DNA from: Fibrobacteria bacterium
GTDB taxonomy: Bacteria; Fibrobacterota; Chitinivibrionia; Chitinivibrionales; FEN-1185
Direction of reading: 5' to 3'
DNA length: 64,000 nucleotides
NCBI GenBank assembly: GCA_037447435.1
Contig: JBBIGR010000006.1
Span: 1 to 64,000, forward strand
The notes under the pieces: generated by a model
Seen by the model: the letters and a program-made list of their open reading frames with translations, nothing else
Told to the model about the DNA's origin: nothing
The model's database searches: none
Program-made: the position numbers and the translations under genes
In this document: positions 1 to 7,587 of the stretch, in pieces
How positions within the stretch are numbered: position 1 is the first letter of the stretch
Layout: the number at the start of each line of letters is the position of its first letter

Positions 1-70
1 CACAATACACACAATTAAAAACAAAAAACTGTAAACATTTTTTAGGACTTGACCCATTAATGGGCGAAGT

Positions 71-102
71 GCCCTTGTGGTAAGAGGGGCCAGGGGTGAG
101 GG
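71..102. repeat. REP-like element (CCCT..AGGGGCCAGGGGTGAGG type)
   Basis: gcccttgtggtaagaggggccaggggtgaggg; its reverse complement (cctcacccctggcccctct) resembles the units at 16321-16436. Confidence 0.45.
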
Positions 103-296
103 AAATGAGAACATATAAAATATTATTCCGCAAATGCGCGGGATGTGATTACCGTCACATTTATGCTTTTCTATTTGGTTCTTATTAGCCCGTTTATCAT
201 ATTATCATTGCATCTCTTCACGGCTATGCCACTTATTCTTCACAGGCATATGCCTTTTTAACAAGCAGTCACAATAGTACTGAAAGGAGGCCACCC

Positions 297-1055
297 ATGG
301 CCGATCAACAGGATTTTGAGACGTTGTTATCCACCCTCAATGGAATTGACAGGAAGAGCATTAGAAAGCTCGACATGCCTGTCGACCAGGCGATCAAAGA
401 AGGCGAAGTAATGGCTGCGGCGGCAACGGAAGATTCCGTAAAGCTTGCCGCAGTGGGTTTTGATGTTGCAAGAATCAATGCACTCGGCGCCGCTGTGGGG
501 GCCTTGCGATTTGCGCAGGCGCAGTATACGTCTACGTTGGGCGAGCATAAGGAAGCGACGAGGCAATGGGCCGCAGAAGAACCTGCGGCAATAGAACTGC
601 GTGCCGAAATGCTTGCGGCAGAAGCCTTTGCATTGCGTAAAATTCCCGATGCGGTAAAGGCCCTCAAGCATATTCGTGAAGGCAGCGGCAATCCAGACAT
701 GATTCAGGACATCGCCGGATTGGCCCAAGTCGGGAAAAAGTATCCCGATAGTTTAAAGAGCATAAATTTCGATCTTTCTATTCTTGATACGGCGGCGGAA
801 AAGGCCGGGATTCTCAGTAAATTGTATGCAAAAGCATTTATCGAAAACTCGACGACACAGGCCAAAGACCTGCGTGACCGGGCATTTTCGTATATGCGGT
901 CCATTATGAGTGACGTGTTGGAGGTTGCCGAATATGTTTTCCGTAAAGACAAGGCTAGGCTCGGATTTTATCATAGCGAATACAGAGCCAGGCAAAAAAG
1001 CAGTACGATGGAAGCTATAGTGATTCCAGAAAAAGCTCCTGCTACCGCAAAATAA
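297..1055 (+). CDS. hypothetical alpha-helical protein (252 aa)
   Basis: Clean ORF with strong RBS aaaggagg just upstream; Ala/Glu/Lys-rich helical composition; no catalytic motif recognised. Confidence 0.85.
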   Translation: MADQQDFETLLSTLNGIDRKSIRKLDMPVDQAIKEGEVMAAAATEDSVKLAAVGFDVARINALGAAVGALRFAQAQYTSTLGEHKEATRQWAAEEPAAIELRAEMLAAEAFALRKIPDAVKALKHIREGSGNPDMIQDIAGLAQVGKKYPDSLKSINFDLSILDTAAEKAGILSKLYAKAFIENSTTQAKDLRDRAFSYMRSIMSDVLEVAEYVFRKDKARLGFYHSEYRARQKSSTMEAIVIPEKAPATAK

Positions 1056-1067
1056 TCGTCATAGTAT

Positions 1068-1096
1068 CTTGGTGAGGGTACTTTGCTCTCACCAAG
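1068..1096 (+). other. stem-loop between the hypothetical gene and the periodic array
   Basis: cttggtgag(1068-1076)...ctcaccaag(1088-1096) perfect 9-bp inverted repeat, extendable by G-U pairs; no U-tract. Confidence 0.7.
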
Positions 1097-1098
1097 TC

Positions 1099-1645
1099 CT
1101 TGTGGAATCCTCGAATGTATTCATGGAATCTTCGAAATTGCTTGTGGAATTCTCAAATTCGTTCATGGTCGTAATTTTTTCATTAGTGGAACCGATTTTT
1201 TCATTCACGGAAACTATAAATTGTGGTCATGGAAGACGACCATTAAATCATGGACGATATATAATTATACATTTGTAAACATATTTTTGTTTATGGATTG
1301 CTTTTTTTTGCTTATGGAACACGAATATTCGGTTATGGAAGCATTTTTTTATTTTTTTCCGGTCTCCATTCCCTATTTCCCGGTCTCCATGACCGGTTTT
1401 TCCATTTCCATAACTACTATTTAAGGTTTCCATAACCATTTTTATGCCTTCCATGCAGCATGTTAAAGCTTCCATGCAAGCTTTCGGGGTTTTCATGCAT
1501 TAATTATAATAAAGCAATATTTCTATTTCAGTTTACATTTAAGCATTCCGGGCTTCCATGACCAAATTTAAATCATCCACGATTAATTTTAAAACTTCCA
1601 CTCACCATTTTATCAGATTACACAAACATTTTAAACTTTCCATGT
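1099..1645. repeat. degenerate 21-bp-period array with two oppositely oriented arms
   Basis: TGG(AA) cores at 1103,1124,1145,1166,1187,1208,1230,1251,1294,1315,1336; TCCA-type cores at 1365,1386,1407,1429,1450,1471,1492,1534,1555,1576,1597,1639; spacing 21 (occasionally 22) or multiples. Confidence 0.85.
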
Positions 1646-1812
1646 CGATTTATAGGCATGTGGAACAATAATTTGACATTTAAGGCATTGGAATATGATA
1701 TTAAGAAAAAGAAGAAATCTTATTTTTATAGGCCCAAATCGAATTTGACATCATCAACTTCGACATCAAATACCCGGATAAGCAAGGAACTTTACGGGAG
1801 TATGGAAAAATA

Positions 1813-2292
1813 ATGTCTTCCGGCATTTACAATCAATACACCGGTTATCACAATCGCCAATCAATCCGATTGCCAGGATACGATTATTCGCGGCCAGGAT
1901 GTTATTTCGTAACGATATGCATTCACGACCGGAAACAAAATTTATTAGGGAAGATTATTGAAAATAAAATGATATTAAACGAATTCGGTTTTATCGTGAA
2001 GAATGAAATATTGAAAACGGCGCAAATGCGTCCAAATGTGAAAATCGACGAATATGTAATAATGCCCCATCATTGTCATATTATTTATCATTTGAATGGA
2101 CAACGTAGGGGCACGTTGCAACGTGCCCCTACGGGAATAACCGCACCAATGATCGCATTGCAATATGGCACGGACCCACAAACCGAAGAATTCGGTAAAC
2201 CAACGACGAATTCAATTCCAACCATTATGCGCCTGACAAAATCAACCGCCACAAAACAAATCATTTTTTTGCGCAATACCCCTGGTTACTAA
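1813..2292 (+). pseudogene. REP-associated tyrosine transposase (RAYT, IS200-like Y1), C-terminally truncated
   Basis: RQSIRLPGYDYSRPGCYFVTIC and VIMPHHCHII (HUH) motifs; ORF stops before the WQRxY/YI..N segment that carries the catalytic Tyr. Confidence 0.8.
2104..2133. repeat. REP-type perfect 30-bp palindrome inside the RAYT gene
   Basis: cgtaggggcacgttg|caacgtgcccctacg, with GTAG/CTAC ends. Confidence 0.85.
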
Positions 2293-2358
2293 AAAAGTAA
2301 AAGGCCGCTGCTTTCTGTTTGGGGGGGGAGGGAATCGAAAGCGGCAGCCCTTACTTTT
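2291..2358 (-). terminator. long hairpin with C-rich loop and U-tract (terminator or sRNA)
   Basis: aaaagtaaaaggccgctgctttc...gaaagcggcagcccttactttt; reads as stem plus poly-T on the minus strand. Confidence 0.6.
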
Positions 2359-2498
2359 ACTACGAACCAAATTTTACAATACTGTATACAAAAATACTAC
2401 AAAAATCGTTTTTCCGCCTATTTTTTTTAATTTCCAGCCTAAAACAACTATGTATACGTGCAAATACACGAAATATTCATTTTGATTTTTATAAGCCT

Positions 2499-3488
2499 TT
2501 ATTCGAAATTAATGTCTTTAGCCGAAAAATCGACCCAGAAGAAATACCTGCTCGACGGTATGTCTTGTAGGATTCTCTGCGCAATGGCGATTTGAGGTTT
2601 GGGCAGCTTTTTCCACCACTTTGCATCGCTGGGATAACCGTATTGATACCCGGTTACGCTGTTGCCGTAACTCGAGCCCCAGTATTTGAAATCATCCATG
2701 CAGGAATCCATGCTCGGGAAAATTTGACTATCGGTTAAGAACCATAAATTAGGATGACGGAATGTTTTGGGCATATGCTCGGGTTCCCAATGCTTTAAAA
2801 ACAAAGTCCATTTGGGATTATATTCGGTGATTTTTTTCATCCATTTTTCCGCATCACTATCCCGTATAGGTAAGCCCGTGCTGTCTTTTGATTGTTTCGT
2901 GAAATACCATTCGGCATCCACGCCAAAACCAATGATGCATTTATGGCTTCCGAATGCCATAAATGCCATATCGATGTTTGACAAAAGATCGGAACTGCCC
3001 GGCTCGAATTGGATGATCGCGGAAATTCCGGCCGAATCGTAAAGCAACAGGGCTTTTTCATGATTGATGCCATCGGTAGTATCAAAGGTCATTGCAGCGG
3101 TATTGCCTGCATAATTTTCCGGTTTTGTAAACCCTATAACGGATCCTCCGTTTTTTTCATTATACCCGGAAACGATTTCTATGATTGCCGGTTCGAAACG
3201 GATCGATTTGTTCGTCTCTTTGGATAAACTTGCAGCGAATTGTTTTGCCCTGTTTATCCACCAAATATGGTCGTTGTTTTTTTCATCGTAACCGTAGGTG
3301 CTGCGCCGAAGTCCGGCAAAATACCGTTGCGTATCGGCATAATTGGCCTGTGCTTTGGAATTGGACAAAATTGCAGCTATTGAATTTTTCTTAGGAGATA
3401 CGGCAGAGTAAACCATGAGGCCGTTGATCGCAATGATTACCGATATCACCCAAACGGCACGTTTCGTATTTTCTTTTTTCGATATCAT
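2499..3488 (-). CDS. exported hypothetical protein, possible TIM-barrel glycoside hydrolase
   Basis: Probable start MISKKENTKR followed by a hydrophobic segment; motif IIGFGVDAEWY; Trp-rich. Confidence 0.7.
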   Translation of the reverse strand: MISKKENTKRAVWVISVIIAINGLMVYSAVSPKKNSIAAILSNSKAQANYADTQRYFAGLRRSTYGYDEKNNDHIWWINRAKQFAASLSKETNKSIRFEPAIIEIVSGYNEKNGGSVIGFTKPENYAGNTAAMTFDTTDGINHEKALLLYDSAGISAIIQFEPGSSDLLSNIDMAFMAFGSHKCIIGFGVDAEWYFTKQSKDSTGLPIRDSDAEKWMKKITEYNPKWTLFLKHWEPEHMPKTFRHPNLWFLTDSQIFPSMDSCMDDFKYWGSSYGNSVTGYQYGYPSDAKWWKKLPKPQIAIAQRILQDIPSSRYFFWVDFSAKDINFE

Positions 3489-3850
3489 TTTTGCTCGTTT
3501 CCAAATTTTTATCCATGAGATTTTCTCATGAATAAAACAGACTTTGGCGAAGTTGGATATTAGAAATATACAGAAATGAAATAAAGCAAACTTTGCAAAA
3601 AGCACCGGTTTCATTTGCAGAACTAAGAAAACATTTTTCTTAAGAATTACAGGGGAAAAACGAATAAAAGAAATTTAGCATCAGATACCGGCAATGTTTA
3701 AATTATATTGAGATGTCTATACAGCTTAGTACTTGAAACATATAGACCATGGTGCCGAGTTTTACCGAGCGTATTAATTCTCAACTGCAACTGCCCGGTT
3801 GCGGCAAGTCCTCCGAAACAATAGGAGGAATCAACGGATTAGGCAATACT

Positions 3851-5011
3851 ATGAAAACTTTAAAGCCCCTTATCCTCTTCCTGCATCAAAAACGACTTCT
3901 GTTCATTATTCCGATACTGCTTTGCCTGGGCCTTGTTTTTTGGTCTCAATCCCAAAAATCCAAAACGATTTTCCCCAGCAAAAACCATAAATTCGCGATC
4001 CAAACCTATTCGGATACCAGTGAAGAAGGCGGAAAATCGGTTATTTCCCCTCCCCGTATTTCCGATACCGGTGTAACCTTTGAATTCACGCTACAGAAAA
4101 ACCCCACGTATTCATATGCAGGATTGTTTATTTCCCTCATGGCCGATAGCCAGTTTCTGGATATTTCAAAATACAAATATCTGAAGCTGGAACTTGCCGC
4201 CGAAAACGCACGGTCGTTTTCGGTATATCTCAAGGCCTTTATCGACGGCGTTTCGAAGCTCGACCAGTTCATGACCCACGAGTTCCTCATGAACGAACTG
4301 CGCATCGATTCCGTCAAGTCGGTTTACAAAATAAACCTGGACGAATTCGTGCATCCCGCCTGGTGGCTGGAAGAAAACAACATAGCCCTGCAAACGGTCA
4401 AACAGCCCCATTTCAATAAAATGATAAGCATGCAAATACAAAACGGCGTTTTCACCCCTTTCAACACGCCGATAAAAGTCTCGGTAACAAATGTCTCTTT
4501 TGTTAAAGACAATACCGTTTCCCTCTTTATCATATTCACCCTTACGATACTCTATTTCTTCGCCTATCTGCTGGTATTCATGGACGTGCAAAGAAAAAAC
4601 AAGGCAAAGCAGACCGTCATATCCTACAAAGAACTTGTCGTTGAAAACGATGCGGACAAAGATCTGCAGCGGCTACAGAATTCGGTCGCCAAACATTTCG
4701 CAGACCCTGAATTTACGGTCGAGAAACTTGCACGGGAAGCGGGCGTTTCGGCATCCCGCATACCGGGAATTCTCAAAGAGCGTTTCAACATGAATTTCAA
4801 GCAGTATCTCAATATCATCAGGATCACCGAGGCAAAACGATTGCTACGGGAAACCGACAATCAGATCACGACCTGCGCCTATAACGTGGGGTATAATAAT
4901 ATCCCGCATTTCAACCGGACGTTCAAACAGTTGGAAGGCGTATCTCCGAAGGAATACCGGAAAAACCTTAAGGAAGGTAAACCCGGCACTGCAATTCATC
5001 CGAAGCCTTAA
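3851..5011 (+). CDS. AraC-family regulator with two TM helices and an extracytoplasmic CBM11/CIA30-like sensor domain
   Basis: C-terminal AraC HTH (FKQYLNIIRITEAKRLL..AYNVGYNNIPHFNRTFKQLEGVSPKEYR); TM segments flank a beta-rich domain (DISKYKYLKLEL). Confidence 0.9.
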   Translation: MKTLKPLILFLHQKRLLFIIPILLCLGLVFWSQSQKSKTIFPSKNHKFAIQTYSDTSEEGGKSVISPPRISDTGVTFEFTLQKNPTYSYAGLFISLMADSQFLDISKYKYLKLELAAENARSFSVYLKAFIDGVSKLDQFMTHEFLMNELRIDSVKSVYKINLDEFVHPAWWLEENNIALQTVKQPHFNKMISMQIQNGVFTPFNTPIKVSVTNVSFVKDNTVSLFIIFTLTILYFFAYLLVFMDVQRKNKAKQTVISYKELVVENDADKDLQRLQNSVAKHFADPEFTVEKLAREAGVSASRIPGILKERFNMNFKQYLNIIRITEAKRLLRETDNQITTCAYNVGYNNIPHFNRTFKQLEGVSPKEYRKNLKEGKPGTAIHPKP

Positions 5012-5031
5012 CGCGATTTTAGTTTATTATT

Positions 5032-7587
5032 GTGAACAAACAATTATTGTCCCGCAATTGGTTTATGCAGTCGTCGAGGCAGATTTCGGCTTACGGCGAC
5101 GGCATTTCCCGCCCCCATTTCGAATATGAGAACTGGTATCCCGCAGTCGTTCCGGGGACCGTCGTTTCCACTCTGTCGAAAAGCGGCGCCTACGGCGATC
5201 CGACTTTCGGCACGAACATGAAAAATATTCCGGGATATAAACATGGACGAACGACGCATTTTTCCCTGCATAAAATGCCCGACGACAGTCCGTTTAAGGC
5301 GACATGGTGGTATCGATGCGAATTCCTGTTGGACAACACGGAGCATTGCTCTCAAACCTGGATGCACGTCGACGGGATAAATTATGCGGCGCATATATGG
5401 ATCAACGGGACGCGCATAGCCGCCGCAGACCATTGCATCGGACCGTACCGGCGTTTCGTTTTCAACATTTCCGCCGTAGTATCTTTTGACAAAATCAACG
5501 TATGCGCGATTGAAATCGTTCCCCCGCAGCCCGACGATTTGAACCTTACCTTCATCGACTGGGGACCGACGCCGCCCGACGATTCCATGGGCATGTGGCA
5601 AGGGATTTCATTAAGCCGTTCGAACGCATGCGCATTACGGCATCCGTTCGCGTCATGCGAGCTTGATATTACGGATTTTTCAAAGGCAGCGGTCTCGGTT
5701 TCTACGACAGTCGTCAATACATCTTTAGAACGCATGCAGGTACTTTTGCACGGCGTCATCGAAGAAATCGAGTTTTCAAAAGAGATAGTCCTTGAACCCA
5801 AGGAAATCCGGGAAGAAACGTTTTCTCCGTTCGACTTTCCCGAGCTCATACTGAAAAATCCCCGCGTTTGGTGGCCGTATCAGCTCGGATCGCCCCAGAC
5901 CTATTCCTGTCGCCTCGAACTGCACATCGACGGAGCGTTATCGGACAAAGCGGACTTTACCTTCGGCATCCGCGACATAGTTTCATATATCAACGAGCAC
6001 GGTTCGCGCCAATTCAGCGTCAACGGAAAAAACATTTTGCTGCGCGGAAGCGCCTGGAAACCCGATTTGTTTTTTGCCCAATCCGAAACGCGCGACGATA
6101 TCGACATCGCATTCCTCAAGAACATGAACCTCAATTGCCTCCGCATGGAAGGCATGCTGGCGTCGGACGGGTTTTGGGACAAATGCGATAAAGAGGGCGT
6201 TTTGGTTTTGGCCGGTTGGCCGTGTTGCAACCATTGGGAAAAATGGGACGCATGGAAAGAGGGTGATTACGTTATAGCTAATGAATCCCTCAGGTCCCAG
6301 ATACTCCGTTTGCGGAACCATCCCAGTTTGATCGCATGGTTTTACGGAAGCGATTATCCTCCCCCGCCCAACGTTGAAAAGAGCTATTTGGCAATTCTTG
6401 ATAGTTGCGATAAGCATCTTGTCCGGATTTCCAGCGCAACGGCGCAGGTTTCGCCCGTTACCGGGCCCTCCGGCGTTAAAATGTCCGGGCCGTATACCTT
6501 CGTACCGCCGGTATACTGGTACACGGATTCCATGCCCGGAAAAGCGACCTCTTTCAATACCGAAACGGGTCCGGATGTATGCATTCCGATTTTCGAGAGC
6601 TTGAAAAAAATGCTTCCGCCCGACCAGTTATTTCCCGGCAGCGACGCCTGGAACCATCATGCGGGACTCGGGTTTTTCACCGACACCGAAATCGTGAATA
6701 CAGCTATTGTCAAGCGCTACGGCAAGCCCAAAGACACAAAAAACTTTTGCGATACCGCGCAAGTGCTCGGCTATGAATGTTGGCGGGCAATGTACGAAGC
6801 GTATAACAGGAACTTTCCCAAAGGCACCGGAGTGATCGGTTGGATGCTTAATGCGGCGTGGCCGTCTTTACTCTGGCAACTGTACGATTATTATCTGAAA
6901 CCGACCGGCGCATTCTTTGGAACGAAAAAGGCTTGCGAACCTTTACATATACAATACTCGTACGACGACGGATCGATTTGGGTCGCGAACAACACATTCG
7001 AACCGGTTCCGGAGATCACCGCGACGGTACGAAGATACGGTCTCGATGGAAAACCGATTTTCGAACAAGACCGGCAAATCTCGCTTTCTCCCTACGAAAG
7101 AACGAACGTGATGGCCGTGCCCGAGGCGGCGGAGCAGGCGCCGCTATACTTTCTTCGCTGCAACCTGAAACTGAACGGCAGGTTGCATAGCGATAATTGG
7201 TATTGTATTTCTTCGGACAAGGACGTTTTCAGCCCTGTTTCAAAAACCCATTTTTATTGGTCGCTGGACCATTATGCCGATATGTCGGCATTGCGGGACA
7301 TTGCAAAACCGGAATTGATCGCCGCTTTCAAGATTGCCTCGACGGGACGGGAGGAAGATACCCCGTATCATACGCTGGAAATCGCGGTACGGAACCCTTC
7401 GGAGCATATCGCATTTTTTACCCGGCTCACCATTTACAACCTTCAAACAAAAGAATCGGTTTCGCCGGTCTTATGGGACGATAATTATGTAAGCTTTGCT
7501 CCCCATGAACATCGCACCGTTTTCTGCAAAATTCCAAAGTACATAGACATATCCCATATTTCAGTTTCGGCAAAAGTCTGGAATTAA
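5032..7587 (+). CDS. GH2 exo-1,4-beta-D-glucosaminidase (CsxA-like), no signal peptide
   Basis: RLRNHPSLIAWFYGSD, GVKMSGPY, FNTETGP and WMLNAAWPSLLWQLYDYYL motifs typical of the CsxA subgroup. Confidence 0.85.
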   Translation: MNKQLLSRNWFMQSSRQISAYGDGISRPHFEYENWYPAVVPGTVVSTLSKSGAYGDPTFGTNMKNIPGYKHGRTTHFSLHKMPDDSPFKATWWYRCEFLLDNTEHCSQTWMHVDGINYAAHIWINGTRIAAADHCIGPYRRFVFNISAVVSFDKINVCAIEIVPPQPDDLNLTFIDWGPTPPDDSMGMWQGISLSRSNACALRHPFASCELDITDFSKAAVSVSTTVVNTSLERMQVLLHGVIEEIEFSKEIVLEPKEIREETFSPFDFPELILKNPRVWWPYQLGSPQTYSCRLELHIDGALSDKADFTFGIRDIVSYINEHGSRQFSVNGKNILLRGSAWKPDLFFAQSETRDDIDIAFLKNMNLNCLRMEGMLASDGFWDKCDKEGVLVLAGWPCCNHWEKWDAWKEGDYVIANESLRSQILRLRNHPSLIAWFYGSDYPPPPNVEKSYLAILDSCDKHLVRISSATAQVSPVTGPSGVKMSGPYTFVPPVYWYTDSMPGKATSFNTETGPDVCIPIFESLKKMLPPDQLFPGSDAWNHHAGLGFFTDTEIVNTAIVKRYGKPKDTKNFCDTAQVLGYECWRAMYEAYNRNFPKGTGVIGWMLNAAWPSLLWQLYDYYLKPTGAFFGTKKACEPLHIQYSYDDGSIWVANNTFEPVPEITATVRRYGLDGKPIFEQDRQISLSPYERTNVMAVPEAAEQAPLYFLRCNLKLNGRLHSDNWYCISSDKDVFSPVSKTHFYWSLDHYADMSALRDIAKPELIAAFKIASTGREEDTPYHTLEIAVRNPSEHIAFFTRLTIYNLQTKESVSPVLWDDNYVSFAPHEHRTVFCKIPKYIDISHISVSAKVWN

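Noticed and set aside
244..255. Palindrome aggcatatgcct upstream of the 297 gene (also cccattaatggg at 53-64)
   Set aside because: Single 12-bp dyads without a second copy; could be chance
1069..1496. Short ORFs over the array (1069-1278 +, 1083-1424 +, 1248-1496 -) with xME/xVE heptads
   Set aside because: They are by-products of the 21-bp period; the heptad register shifts between frames and no clear RBS is present. Not called as genes, though a decayed coding origin is not fully excluded.
1099..1645. CRISPR array interpretation
   Set aside because: Conserved core only ~6-7 bp, unit only 21 bp, orientation flips midway, and no cas genes
3514..3530. Dyad catgaga-ttt-tctcatg near the 3488 start
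   Set aside because: Possible operator, but no second instance found
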